Assembly (NCBI GenBank): GCA_035063585.1 | Contig: JAPSGB010000033.1 | Coordinates: 1-50,000, forward strand | Direction of reading: 5' to 3' | DNA from: Polyangiaceae bacterium | Lineage (GTDB): Bacteria > Myxococcota_A > Polyangia > Polyangiales > Polyangiaceae | Length of the DNA stretch: 50,000 bases | Shown here: piece by piece, positions 32,141 through 43,400 of the stretch | Numbering within the stretch: position 1 is the stretch's first letter | How the letters are laid out: each line of letters begins with the position of its first letter | Notes under the pieces: generated by a model | The model's input: the letters and a program-made list of their open reading frames with translations, nothing else | What the model was told of the DNA's origin: nothing | Database searches by the model: none | Made by a program: the position numbers and the translations under genes

Positions 32141-33444
32141 CGGACGCTCCCTTCGAGCTCGTAGAGGATCTTCCCGCCCCCGAGCGTGAGCAGCACGCGC
32201 CCTCCGAGCTCGCGGTCGAGGAAGGGCGTGTTCCGGCTCCGGCTCCGGAGCGCGACCTCCGACGGGCGCCAGCGCACCTCGGGATCGACGAGCACCAGCT
32301 CCGCCACGCTCCCCTCGCGGAGCGACGGCGGGGTGAGCCCGGCGATTTTCGCGGGTCGCGTGCTCATCGCGTCGATGAGCCGGGCGAGGTTCGGCGGCGC
32401 GTGCCCGAACAGCTCGAGCAAGAGCCCGAAGCAGAGCTCGAGGCCCATGAGGCCGGGCTTGGCCTCGGAGAACGCGCAGTCCTTCTCGAGCGAGGAGTGC
32501 GGCGCGTGGTCGGTGGCGATGGCGTCGATGGTCCCGTCGGCGAGCGCCGCCCGGAGCGCCTCCACGTCCTCCTCGCCGCGCAGCGGCGGGTTCACCTTGC
32601 AGGCCGTGTCGTAGCCGATGACGGCGGCGTCGGTGAGCAGCAGGTGGTGCGGCGTCACCTCGCAGGTGACCGGGAGGTCGCGGCTCTTCGCCTCGCGCAT
32701 CAAGCGGACCGCGCCGCGCGTCGAGAGGTGCGCCGCGTGGTAGCGCGCGCCCGTGTACTCGGCGAGCAACAGATCGCGCGCGATGATGATGTCCTCCGCG
32801 ACGCTCGGCCAGCCGCGGAGGCCGAGCCGGGTCGCGACGGCGCCCTCGTTCATGTCGGCGCCGCGGGTGAGCTCGTGATCTTCGGCGTGCTGAATCACCG
32901 GCAGGTCGAAGTTTCTCGCGTACTCGAGCGCGCGCCGCATCACCGCGCTCGAGGTGACGCACACGCCGTCGTCGCTCACCGCGACCGCGCCGGCCTCGCG
33001 GAGCTCCGCCATCTCGGTGAGCTCCTTGCCCTCCTGGCCGCGCGTGATGGCGGCGATCGGGTGCAGTCGCGGGCCGCCATGAGCCTCCGCGCGCCGGAGC
33101 ATCAGCTCGGTCACCGCGCGGGTGTCGTTCACGGGGCGCGTATTCGGCATCGCGCACACGTGCGCGTAGCCGCCGGCGGCGGCCGCGTCGAGCCCGGAGG
33201 CGATGTCCTCCTTGTACTCCTGCCCCGGCTCGCGCAGGTGCGCGTGCAGATCGACGAAGGCCGGCAGGAGCCAGCGCCCGGTGCCCTCGATGACTCGCGC
33301 CTGCTCGCTCGACGCGAGCCCCGCCGCGGCGCCCGCGCCGATCCGGGTGAGCTGCCCGTCCTCGATGACCGCGTCGCCCCGGAGGTCGAGCCCCGCCGCC
33401 GGATCGATCAGGCGAACGTCGCGAAAGACGAGGAGCTTTGCCAC
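32137..33444 (-). CDS. pyrC: Dihydroorotase
   Basis: [33 protein letters not shown] and ATDHAPH. Confidence 0.95.
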   Translation of the reverse strand: MAKLLVFRDVRLIDPAAGLDLRGDAVIEDGQLTRIGAGAAAGLASSEQARVIEGTGRWLLPAFVDLHAHLREPGQEYKEDIASGLDAAAAGGYAHVCAMPNTRPVNDTRAVTELMLRRAEAHGGPRLHPIAAITRGQEGKELTEMAELREAGAVAVSDDGVCVTSSAVMRRALEYARNFDLPVIQHAEDHELTRGADMNEGAVATRLGLRGWPSVAEDIIIARDLLLAEYTGARYHAAHLSTRGAVRLMREAKSRDLPVTCEVTPHHLLLTDAAVIGYDTACKVNPPLRGEEDVEALRAALADGTIDAIATDHAPHSSLEKDCAFSEAKPGLMGLELCFGLLLELFGHAPPNLARLIDAMSTRPAKIAGLTPPSLREGSVAELVLVDPEVRWRPSEVALRSRSRNTPFLDRELGGRVLLTLGGGKILYELEGSVR

Positions 33445-33620
33445 GGCGGCGGCGTGATAGCACGAGCGCCCGGCCCGCGGGGAGGGGACGCGGCCGGCGG
33501 TCGGCCCGGGCGGCTGCGCGCCGCCCCGGCAACCCAAAACCCATCGCGATTTCACCCGCCGGGCCCGCGCGGGGGAGCGCCCGGAGAGGGGTCGGCGCGG
33601 CGCGGAACCACGCGGGGCGG

Positions 33621-35141
33621 TCAGTGGGCGGCGCGCTCGGCGAGGCGCTCGGCGGCGAGCCAGGCGACCGCGCAGATCGTGTGCTGCGGGTTCACGCCGA
33701 GGTTGGTCGGGAAGACGGACGAGTCGAAGACGTAGAGCCCGGGGAGATCGTGCGCCTCGAGCTCGGGGCCGACCACGCTCTGCGCGGCGCCGCGGCCCAT
33801 CTTGGCGGTGCCGAAGAGGTGCGCGGCGATGGTGTGGAAATGACGCGGATCGTTCGGGACCGCGTCGAGCGGTGCGAGCTCGTCCATCGAGCGGATGCGG
33901 GCGGGGAGCCCGTGCACGCCGGGGAGCACCTCACGCGCGCCGGCGGCGAACATCAGCTCGACCAGGCGGCGCACACCGAGCTTGAGCACGCGCACGTCCT
34001 CGTCGGTCATGTCGTAGTGGATGGAGGGCGCGCCGAAGAGGCTCCGCCCGACCCGCCCGTGAGCCCGCGCGCGCACCTGCACGCCCCAGATCGCCGCGTG
34101 CCCGTAGTCGCCGATTTCGCGCATGAGCTCCGCGCCCACGCCGGGGAAGCGCGCCGCGGCGAACTCGAGCGGCATGCTCACCGTCTCGAACTTCATGCGC
34201 TCATCCCAGAAATGCAGGCTCTCATAGCCTTGCGTCGCGCCGAACCAGAGCTCGACCGGCGCGTCGAAGAGGCCGACCGTGCCCGTGCCCGGATGCGCTT
34301 GCAGCCGCTCACCGACCAGCCGCGAGGCGCGGCCGACGCCGTTGTCGGCGAGCAGCCGCGGCGTCTGGATCGCGCTCGCCGCGACCACCACGCCGCGTCG
34401 CGCTCGCACTCGAAAGGGCGGACCATCACCGGTGAACCGCCCCGTGACTCCCGCTGCGCGCCCGCCCTCCACGAGGAAGCGCTCGGCGCGCGCGTCGGCG
34501 TAGAGCCGCGCCCCGCCGGCGAGCGCGCGCGGGATGTAGGAGACGTTCATGCTCTGCTTGCGGTCGGTCGGGCAGCCCTGGTTGCAGTGAGCGGAGCCCG
34601 CGCAGTCCTTGACGTTTCGGCGGATCTCGTTGCCCGTCCAGCCGAGCGCCCGAACTCCCTTCCGCATGAGCTTGGCGTTCTCGCCGAGCACCTCCTCGGG
34701 CGCTCGGTCGACGAAGAGCTCGCGGTCGAGCGCGTCGTAGACGCGCTCCATCGCCGCGGGAGTGAACGGCTCGCCCACGCCGTATTCATCCCGCCACGCC
34801 CCGAGGATCGGCGCCGGGATACGGTGGATGATGGCGCCGTTCACGACCGTGGTGCCGCCCACGCAGCGCCCCTGGAGCACCGGCGTGAAGGCGCGCCCGC
34901 TGGCGACCTGGAAGCCCATGTCGCGCCAGAGGTGGCGGAACGTCGTGTACATGTCGCTGCGAAAGTCGCGGCTCTCGACGCGCGGCCCCTCTTCGAGGAG
35001 GACCACCTCGAGCCCGGCCTCGACCAGCACGCGCGCCGCGGTCGCGCCCGCCGCGCCGCTGCCGATGATGACGACGTCGGCGGCGTCCTCGACCCGTCGC
35101 CGCCCGCGCACCTCCGCGCCGGTCACGAGCGCGCCGGTCAC
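33621..35141 (-). CDS. GMC family flavin oxidoreductase
   Basis: [22 protein letters not shown]...C..GC, HLFGT and D.SVFPT.LGVNPQ.TI. Confidence 0.9.
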   Translation of the reverse strand: MTGALVTGAEVRGRRRVEDAADVVIIGSGAAGATAARVLVEAGLEVVLLEEGPRVESRDFRSDMYTTFRHLWRDMGFQVASGRAFTPVLQGRCVGGTTVVNGAIIHRIPAPILGAWRDEYGVGEPFTPAAMERVYDALDRELFVDRAPEEVLGENAKLMRKGVRALGWTGNEIRRNVKDCAGSAHCNQGCPTDRKQSMNVSYIPRALAGGARLYADARAERFLVEGGRAAGVTGRFTGDGPPFRVRARRGVVVAASAIQTPRLLADNGVGRASRLVGERLQAHPGTGTVGLFDAPVELWFGATQGYESLHFWDERMKFETVSMPLEFAAARFPGVGAELMREIGDYGHAAIWGVQVRARAHGRVGRSLFGAPSIHYDMTDEDVRVLKLGVRRLVELMFAAGAREVLPGVHGLPARIRSMDELAPLDAVPNDPRHFHTIAAHLFGTAKMGRGAAQSVVGPELEAHDLPGLYVFDSSVFPTNLGVNPQHTICAVAWLAAERLAERAAH

Positions 35142-35611
35142 GGCGCGTCTCCCTGCGCCCAGGAGGGGGGCTCGTCGTCGCGCGGGTGGAGGCCGAGCTT
35201 CGCGTGCACCGCGGGCAGCCCGCAGAAGCCGAGGCAGCCGACCGTCTTGAAGAGGAGCGGCGCCTCGCGCACGAGGTAGATGGAGCTCTCGGCGAGCCGC
35301 GCGAGGACGGCGTCGCGCTCTTCGGCGTCGAGCGAGAGGAAGGTCCTCGGCCGGCCGAGCAGCAAGAGCGGCGCGAGCATGATGAGCCAGAGCGTGGCGC
35401 GGAGCCCGACGACGAACGTGAGCGGAGCGCGCGCGAGGAGATCGTCGACGAAGGCGCCCATGGGCGCGTCGGCCGCGCCGAACGGCATGCGCGCGTCGGC
35501 GCCCGATGGGATGAGCGCCTCGAACACCCGGACCAGCCAGCGCCGTTCGAACCCAAAGCCGCGGAGCGCGCTCGAGCCGCGGGGCGCGCGGGGCGGGGCG
35601 ACCCCCGGCAT
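35138..35611 (-). CDS. Small partner protein of the GMC oxidoreductase (gluconate-2-DH subunit 3-like)
   Basis: ALIPS...D..F..L...ER...L..L pattern; GTGA overlap with the GMC gene; start uncertain (35611 or 35638). Confidence 0.6.
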   Translation of the reverse strand: MPGVAPPRAPRGSSALRGFGFERRWLVRVFEALIPSGADARMPFGAADAPMGAFVDDLLARAPLTFVVGLRATLWLIMLAPLLLLGRPRTFLSLDAEERDAVLARLAESSIYLVREAPLLFKTVGCLGFCGLPAVHAKLGLHPRDDEPPSWAQGDAP

Positions 35612-35708
35612 GCGGCCGAGCGAGCGGGACGACGACACGACCCGGTCATACCAGGGAAGCGGGGGGCGCGTCTCGGCGCCCGCGAAGAAACGCCGAGCGC
35701 CGATTCGG

Positions 35709-37059
35709 TCACGGGCGCGCTGGCCCGCAGCCCTCGGTGTGCTTGTAGAAGTGCACGTTCTCGTCGACGGAGTTGACGAGGATGAAGACGTTGTACTCTC
35801 GCGCGTAGCGCCAGCGGCCGTAGGTGCCGCCGCTGTTCTTCGACTCCGGGGCGCCCGTCGCGCTCCCGGCGGACCAGGTCTTGGCGTCGAGGTCGAGCGC
35901 GTAGGGCGCGCCGCGGTTCGGCCAGGCGACCAGCTCGTCGCTGGCGCTGTCGTAGTCGAAGCCGGGTGCCGAGGCGTCGTAGATGTCGCCGCCACCGCTC
36001 TCGAAGAGCTGAGCGGGGTAGGTCGGCATCACCTTGGCCTCGTTCGTGTAGTCTCCGCCGCCGGTCGTCTTCCAGTCGTCGGTGACGGCCTTGCCGGAGG
36101 CGATGTCCCAGACGAGCACCATCTTCGAGCCCACCGACCAGAAGAGCCCGCGACGCGGGTCGATCGCGGCGGTGCGATCCGAGCCGGTGCAGCGCGGCCA
36201 GTACGGCTTGTAGCGGAAGCCGGGGGCCTGACTCCACGAGTCGCCGTCGACGTCGTAGATGTGGAGCGTCTCGGTGGCGTTCACGAAGATCCGACGCGAC
36301 GCGCGGTGATACGCGGTGGCCAGCATGAGCCCGCCCACGCCGGGCGCGTGCTGCGTCCACCCGGTCGCGTCCGCGAACGTCCAGGTGACGTTCGTCCCGG
36401 AGCCGTCGCGCGCGCGAGCCGCCATGGGCCCAGAGGACGCCGAGGTCGTCGAGGAACTCGACGCCGTCGTAGGTGTGGCGCGAGACGGGCTGGCCGTCGG
36501 GCAGCGGGTCGCGCCCGAAGAAGTCGGCGGAGGTGCTCCCGCTCGGCACCACGCTCGGTTCGGTCAAGCGGGACCACGTGCCGCGGCGCAGATCGAACGC
36601 GTAGAGCTCGTTGCCCCAGTAATCCTCGTGTCCGCCGCCCCAGATGAGCATGCGCCGATGGACGCCGTCGTAGGCGCCGCCGTTCCACGCCGACACGATC
36701 GCCGGGCAGCCGACGACACCGCGGACTCCGACCGAGTCGGGGACGCACGCGTCGCGCATGGGCGAGCTCGGCGCTTCGTACCAGGTTCCGGCCGGGAGGT
36801 CGATGAGGGTGCGCTCGAAATCCGTCAGCGCTTCGCCCTCGCCGCACGGGCAGCCCTCGCAGCTCGCCCCGCCGCCGGCTACGCCACCGGCGGCGGACGC
36901 GCCACCGGCGGCGGACGCGCCACCGGCGGCGGGCGTGCCTGCGCTGCCGCCGCTCCCGCCATCGGTGGCCGCGCTCCCCGGCGCTTCCGCCTCACCGCAG
37001 GCCACCGCCAAGACCCAGAGCCCCAGGCAGGGAGCAAACTTACCCCATCGCGATCTCAT
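35709..37059 (-). pseudogene. Frameshifted beta-propeller/Kelch-like lipoprotein
   Basis: MRSRWGK...LAVAC lipobox, Gly/Ala linker, IWGGGHEDYWGNELYAFDL, SRHTYD; coherent protein continues in another frame after the (CG)5 tract at 36407-36416 (DGSGTNVTW...GTYGRWRY). Confidence 0.75.
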
Positions 37060-37076
37060 GAGCACCCTCCGCGGCG

Positions 37077-38333
37077 TCAGCCTACCACGCGCTCGCCGCG
37101 GGCGAGCACCGTGCGGACCGGGTTCCATCCGAAGCCGTAGGCGAGGAAGCGATGCTCGGGCACGTCGCAGATGATGAGATCGGCGCGCTTGCCGGGCTCG
37201 AGGCTCCCGACCACGTCGCCGAGCCCGACGGCGTGCGCCGCGTTTCGCGTCGCGGCGACGATCGCTTCGGCGACGCTCATCCCGAGGTTGCGGGTCGCGA
37301 GCGCGAGGATCATCGGCATCGAGGGCGTGAAGGACGACCCCGGGTTGAAGTCGGTGGCGAGCGCGACCGGGACGCCCGCGTCGATGAGGCCGCGTGCGTT
37401 CGGATGAGCGTTCATCGCCAAGTGGAACGACACCCCCGGTAGCAGCACCGCCACCGGCGGCGCCGAGAGAGCAGCGAGCCGCTCGAGCGCGCCGGCCGAG
37501 AGATGCTCGAGGTGATCGATGCTCACCGCCCCGAGCGCCGCGCCGAGCTCGGCCGCGCCGGAGGCGGTGAACTGCTCGGCATGGAGCTTGAGCCCCAGGC
37601 CGAGCCCGCGCGCGTGGCGGAGGAGCCGCTCGGTCTCCGCCAGCGTGAACGCTTCCTCCTCGCAGAAGACGTCGACGAAGCGCGCGAGCCCGCGCGCGCC
37701 GAGCTCCTGATGCAGCGCCTCGAGCTCGGCGAGGTAGTCGCCGCGGCGCTCGCGATACTCGGCCGGGACGACGTGCGCGCCGAGGAAGGTCGACACGATC
37801 TCGATGGGCAGCTCGTCGCCGACCGCGCGCGCGACCTCGAGCAGGCGAAGCTCGGTCGCCCGGTCGAGGCCGTAGCCGCTCTTCGCCTCGACCGTGGTGG
37901 TGCCGAGCGCGAGCATCCGAGAGGCCCAGCGCCGAGCGTTCGCGAGCAGCGCGTCGAAGGAGGCCGCGCGGGTCGCGCGCACGGTGCTCATGATGCCCCC
38001 GCCCCGCGCCAACAGCTCGAGATACGACGTGCCCGCGAGCCGCGCCTCCCACTCGGCGGCGCGGTCGCCGGCGAACACCAGGTGCGTGTGCGGATCGACG
38101 AAGCCTGGCAGCACCACGCCGCCTTCGGCGTCGAGCACGCGGGTCGATTCCGCGTGGAACTCCGCGCGGAGCGCGTGTTCGTCGCCGACCCCGAGGATCT
38201 TGCCGCCGCCGATCGCGATCGCGCCCCGCGAGAGCACGCCGAGCGCGCCCTGGGCCGGGCCGCGCGCGGGCCCCGAGCCGGCGCACGTGACGACCTCGGC
38301 GGCGCCGGTGAGCAGCAGGTCCGCGGCGGTCAT
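37077..38333 (-). CDS. hutI: Imidazolonepropionase
   Basis: PGFVDPHTHLVFAG.R..E, GGGIMSTV, GTTTVEAKSGYGL, DVFCE, HAEQ and ATDFNPG. Confidence 0.95.
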   Translation of the reverse strand: MTAADLLLTGAAEVVTCAGSGPARGPAQGALGVLSRGAIAIGGGKILGVGDEHALRAEFHAESTRVLDAEGGVVLPGFVDPHTHLVFAGDRAAEWEARLAGTSYLELLARGGGIMSTVRATRAASFDALLANARRWASRMLALGTTTVEAKSGYGLDRATELRLLEVARAVGDELPIEIVSTFLGAHVVPAEYRERRGDYLAELEALHQELGARGLARFVDVFCEEEAFTLAETERLLRHARGLGLGLKLHAEQFTASGAAELGAALGAVSIDHLEHLSAGALERLAALSAPPVAVLLPGVSFHLAMNAHPNARGLIDAGVPVALATDFNPGSSFTPSMPMILALATRNLGMSVAEAIVAATRNAAHAVGLGDVVGSLEPGKRADLIICDVPEHRFLAYGFGWNPVRTVLARGERVVG

Positions 38334-38433
38334 GCGCGCAGGCCAACCGAGCGGCCGCGGCGCGGCCACCCGTCTCGGCGCGCCGGGCCCGGCCGCGACG
38401 CCGGCCGCGACGTGAAGACGAGAACGCCAGCGG

Positions 38434-40194
38434 TCATGGGAGCTTCACGCCCTTCGCGCGCGCGGTCTCGCGGGCTTCGGGGTAGCCGGCGATGGCGTGG
38501 CGGGCGACGCCGATCCCGGGATCCACGGTGAGCACGCGGTCGAGCCGCTCGGCGCGCTCCTCGGTTCCGTCGGCGACGATCACCATGCCGGCGTGGAGCG
38601 CGTTGCCGATGCCGACTCCTCCGCCGTGGTGGAAGCTCACCCACGACGCGCCGCTCGCGGTGTTCAGCGCGAAATTGAGCAGCGGCCAGTCGGCGATGGC
38701 GTCGGAGCCGTCCTTCATCGCCTCGGTCTCGCGATCGGGGGACGCCACCGAGCCCGTGTCGAGGTGATCGCGACCGATGGCGACCGGGGCGCTCACGCGG
38801 CCCTCCGCGACGGCGCGGTTCATGGCCAGGCCGAACGTCGCGCGATCGCCGTAGCCGAGCCAGCAGATCCGCGTGGGGAGCGCGAGCAGGGGGACCCGCT
38901 CGCGCGCGAGGCGCACCCAGCGCGCGAGCCCGGCGTCGTCGGGGAACAGGCGCAAGAGCTCGTCGTCGAGCGCGTGGATGTCCTTCGCGTCGCCGCTGAG
39001 CGCGGCCCAGCGGAACGGACCCATCCCGCGGGCGAAGAGCGGACGGATGTAGGCCGGCACGAAGCCCGGGTACTTGTAGGCGCCGCTCGCGTCCCGTACG
39101 CGGACGCCGGCGCGCTCGGCCTGCGCGCGCAGGTTGTTGCCGTAGTCGAAGGCGATCGCGCCGGCGGCTTGCATGGCGAGGATGGCCTCGGTGTGCTTGG
39201 CGATCGCGGCGAGCGCGCGCCGGTGGTACTCGGCGAGGTCGCGCCCCCGGAGCGCGTCGAGCTCCGGGAGCTCGCCTTCGGGCACGTACGCGCCGAGATC
39301 GTGCGCGCTCGTCTGGTCGGTGACGATGTCGGGGATGGCGCCGCGGCGCACCAGCTCGGAGAGCGCCGTCGCGGCGTTCGCGACCAGCCCGATGCTGAGC
39401 GCGCGCCGTTCGCGTCGGGCCGCTTCCGCCCACGCGAGCGCCTCGTCGAGCGAGCTCGTCATGCGATCGAGGTAGCCCTCGTCGACTTTGCGCCGCACGC
39501 GCTCGGGGCGGACCTCGACGTCGATGACGACGCCCTCGTTCATGGTGACGGCCATCGGCTGCGCGCCGCTCATCCCGCCGAGCCCGGCGGTGATCACGAG
39601 CTTGCCGGCGAGCGACGGCACGCCGAAGTGCTGCTCGGCGAGCGCGAGGAGCGTCTGGTAAGTACCCTGCAGGATGCCCTGGGTGCCGATGTAGATCCAG
39701 GAGCCAGCGGTCATCTGCCCGTACATGGTGAGCCCCTCGCGGTCGAGCCGGTCGAACTCGGTCTGGGTCGCCCAGCGCGGGACGAGGTTCGAGTTGGCGA
39801 GGATGACCCGGGGCGCGTGCTCGTGGGTGCGCGCCACGTAGGCGGCCGCGCCCGACTGCACGGTGAGCGTCTCGTCGGGCGCGAGGGCGTCGAGCGCGGC
39901 GACGAGCTTGTGATACTCGTGCCAATTTCGCGCCGCGCGCCCGCTCCCGCCGTAGACCACCAGGTGCTCCCAGTCGATCGCGTTGTCGGGATCGAGGTTG
40001 TTCATCAGCATGCGCTTGGCCGCTTCGGCGTCCCAGCTCCGAGCGGTGCGCTGGCCGCCGCGCGGGGCCCGCACCGGAGCGGCCGGGCGCGCTTCCATGT
40101 GCAAGGGGCGCCCAAACCGCGCGAGCTCCGCTTCCACGTTGCACGAGCAGCCGTATCGGTCGCGCTCGCGTGCCGCGATTTGCTGGTCATCCAT
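38434..40194 (-). CDS. hutU: Urocanate hydratase
   Basis: RMLMNNLDP, LVVYGG.GRAAR, YGQMTAGSWIYIGTQGILQG, TDQTSAHD and GRDHLD.GSVASP.RETE. Confidence 0.97.
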   Translation of the reverse strand: MDDQQIAARERDRYGCSCNVEAELARFGRPLHMEARPAAPVRAPRGGQRTARSWDAEAAKRMLMNNLDPDNAIDWEHLVVYGGSGRAARNWHEYHKLVAALDALAPDETLTVQSGAAAYVARTHEHAPRVILANSNLVPRWATQTEFDRLDREGLTMYGQMTAGSWIYIGTQGILQGTYQTLLALAEQHFGVPSLAGKLVITAGLGGMSGAQPMAVTMNEGVVIDVEVRPERVRRKVDEGYLDRMTSSLDEALAWAEAARRERRALSIGLVANAATALSELVRRGAIPDIVTDQTSAHDLGAYVPEGELPELDALRGRDLAEYHRRALAAIAKHTEAILAMQAAGAIAFDYGNNLRAQAERAGVRVRDASGAYKYPGFVPAYIRPLFARGMGPFRWAALSGDAKDIHALDDELLRLFPDDAGLARWVRLARERVPLLALPTRICWLGYGDRATFGLAMNRAVAEGRVSAPVAIGRDHLDTGSVASPDRETEAMKDGSDAIADWPLLNFALNTASGASWVSFHHGGGVGIGNALHAGMVIVADGTEERAERLDRVLTVDPGIGVARHAIAGYPEARETARAKGVKLP

Positions 40195-40406
40195 CAGGGG
40201 CCGAGCCTAGTCGCACCGCTCGCGGGCGAGGCTGGCCTTTTGTCGGTTCGGCGCGGGACCGCGCCGGGGCGGGCGCGGGCGCCGGGCACGAGCCGTCGGG
40301 TGGGCCGGCGGGCCGCGCGGTTTCGCGCCGGGCCGACCCAGCCGACCGAGACGATAATCGCCGCCGAGCGCGGATTCGGCGTGATAGCGTGGCTCGGCGT
40401 CCCACC

Positions 40407-43400
40407 ATGACCGACGATGATCATCCCCCGGGCGCTCCGAAAGGGCCGCCCGCTCCGCCGCGTCCGCCAGGGAAATCGCGCTCGATGCCGCCACCGGCCC
40501 CGCGCCGCGGCTCGGTCGCGCCGCCTCCGCCGCCGCGCGCTCCCTTGCCCCCTCCGCCGCCGGCGCGCGCGGACTCGACGGGCGCGCACGGGCTGCCGCC
40601 CCCGCCGCGCGTTGCGCGCGCCGGCGCGCCGCCGGTCGCGTCGCCCGCGCCGCCGGTCGCGTCGCCCGCGCCGCCGGTCGCGTCGCCCGCGCCGCCGGCG
40701 GCGGCACCCGTCGAGCACCTGAAGACGCGCGTCGGGCTCGCGCCGGCCGCCGGCGAGGCTCCCGCGGCGCCGGCGGTCGACGCTCGCGAGGCCGAGGCGC
40801 TCGCGTCGATCGCTTGCTACGAGGCAGAGCTCGCGGGCAAGCCGGAGCCGCTCCGCGCGGGGCGCCTGCACTACGAGATCGCGCGGCTCGCGGAGCAGGT
40901 CTTGCGGGATCCGTCGCGTGCCGGCGCGCATTATCGCGCGGCGCACGCGAACGCTCCGGATCTGGTCCCCGCGATCCAGGGCGCTCGGCGCGCGGCCATC
41001 GCCGAGAAGAGCTACCCGGCCGCGCTCGCGCTCTTCGAAGCCGAGGCGCGGCTCACCAGCGATCCGCGCGGCAAGGCGCGGCTGGCGTTCGAGCGCGGCC
41101 GGCTGCTCGAGGAGCAGATGGGTCAGAAGCGCGAGGCGCGCGCCGCCTACGCAGCGGCGGCGGGGCTCGCGCGGAGCGAGCTGACGCTGCTCCGCGCGGT
41201 GGAGCGCGCGGAGTCGCAGGCCGAGGCGTGGGGGGCGCTCGCCGAGACGCTCGAGCGCGAGGCTCAGGTCGTCGAGGGCGACGCGCGGCTCCGCGGTGCG
41301 CTCATCGCCGAGCGAGCGCGGCTGGCCGAGGCCAAGCAGGGTGACGCGTCGGGCGCCATCGAGCTCTATCAGTCGGCGCTCGCGGTCGATCCCCGAGCCC
41401 CGGGCGCGCTCGCTGCGCTGAAGCGGCTGCTCTTCGACGCGAGGCGCTGGCGCGAGCTGGTCGGCGTGCTCGAGCGTGAGGCCACGGACTCGGCGGACCT
41501 GGCGGTGCGCGCGATGGCGCTCTACCGGGCGGGCCGCGTCGAGGTCGATCGGCTCGGCGAGCTGGACGCGGGGACCGCGCTCATCGAGCGCGCAGCGAAG
41601 GTCGAGCCGGGCGATCGGATGCTGCTCGAGGAGCTCGCGCGGCTCTACGAGCTCGGCGGCGCGCACGAGCGGCTGGCGGACGTGCTCGAGCGGCTGGTCG
41701 AGCTCACCGAGGGCGCGGGCGCCCGCGCCGGGCTCATGCACCGCATCGGGCAGCTCGCCGAGGAGCGGCTCGGCGACGAAGCGCGCGCGCGGCGATGGTT
41801 CACCGCCGCGCTCACCGAAGACTCCACCTACGTGCCGGCGCTCCAGGCGCTCGGCGCGCTCTTCACCCGGCACGCCGAGTGGGGCCCGCTCGTGCAGATG
41901 CACCTCGCGGAGGCCGACGCGCTCGATGACGGGGCGCGGCGCGCGGCCGCGCACGCGCGGGTCGCCGAGCTCTTCGAGCGCCGGCTCGGCGAGCCCGCGC
42001 TCGCCGTCGAGCATCACGCGCGCGCGCTCGGCATCCTGCCGGGTCATGCGCCGTCCTTCAAGGCGCTCGCGCGACTCTACGCCGAGGCGGGCAAGCACCG
42101 TGAGCTCGTCGAGCTCTACGAACGTGAGCTCGAGCGCGCGGCCGACGCCGACGCGCGCGTGACCCTCCTCTTCAAGATCGGGCGGCTCCACGAGGACGCG
42201 CTCGGCGCGCCGGCGCACGCGCTGGCCGCCTTTCGACGCATCCTGGCGGTCGAGCCCGCGCACCGCGGCGCGATCCACGCCATGCAGCGCGCGGCCGAGC
42301 GCGGCGAGCTCTGGCGGGAGCTCATCGAGGCGCTCGAGCTCGAGGCATCGGTCGAGAAGGAGCCCGCGCTGGTCTCGGCGCTGCTCCATCGCGCGGGCGA
42401 GGTGAGTGACGAGCGGCTCGGCGACCACGAGGGCGCCCTCATGCGCTTCCGGAAGGTCATCGCCAAGGACCCTCGCTTCGCGCCGGCGCTCTCGAGCCTC
42501 GGGCGGCTCTACTACCGGCTCGCGCGCTGGGAGGAGCTGGTCGAGATCTATCGCAAGGAGCTCGAGACGGTGCCGCGCGGCGCGGCTTCGGCGGCGCTCC
42601 TCTTCAAGATCGGTGAGCTCGCCGAGGAGCGGCTCGGGAGCAGCGAGCGCGCCGTCGCCGCCTATCGCGAGGCGGTCGAGGCCGATCCCTTCCATGCTCC
42701 GGCGCTCCACGCGCTCGAGCGCAAGCTCGCCGAGCTGGGGAGCTGGCAGGAGCTCTGCAAGCTCCTCGAGCTCGAGCTGAGCAGCGTCACCGAGGGCGGG
42801 CGGCGAGCGCGAACCGCGCTCCGGCTGGGCGAGGTGTATGAGAGCCGGCTCGGCGCGCCGGAGAAGGCGCTCGCCGCCTACGAACAGGCGCTCGCCGCGT
42901 CGCCCGCGTTCCGCCCGGCGCTCGACGGGCGGGTCCGGCTGCTCACCCAGGCGCGCGAGCACCAGCGGCTGGTCGAGGCGCTCGAGCACGAGGTCCAGGC
43001 GGCGGCCGACTCGGGGCTCGCCATCGCGGCGCTGCTCCGACGAGGGGAGGTGCTCCGTGACGAGCTCGGTGAGCGCGCTCGCGCGACCGCGTGCTTCGAG
43101 GCGGTGCTCGAGCGTGCTCCGGAGCACCTCGGCGCGCTCCGCGCGCTCGAGCCGCTCTACGCCGAGGTGGGCGCGTGGGAGGCGCTCGCCGGGATCTACT
43201 CGACCGAGGCGCGGGTCTTCGCCGACCTGCCGTCGCGGGTCGCCGCGCTCGCCGAGCTCGCCCGCGTGCAGGAATCGAAGGGGGTAGGCTCGAGCGCGGA
43301 GCTGCGGCAGACGTACTTCGCGATCCTCCAGCTCGCGCCCACCGACGAGCACGCGCTCACCGCGCTCGAGCGCCTCGCGCTGGAGGCGGGAGATGCGGCG

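Noticed and set aside
29577..33544. Apparent 850-aa RimO and 849-aa CarA with long N-terminal extensions
   Set aside because: The extensions are off-frame overlaps of the upstream genes; true starts are 30989 and 32140.
36882..36932. 18-bp tandem repeat
   Set aside because: Encodes the AAGGAS linker of the lipoprotein; ordinary low-complexity tether.
34786..38346. 1186-aa minus-strand ORF
   Set aside because: Mostly off-frame Arg/Ala-rich text overlapping hutI; only 37059-36410 is real (5' half of the frameshifted lipoprotein).
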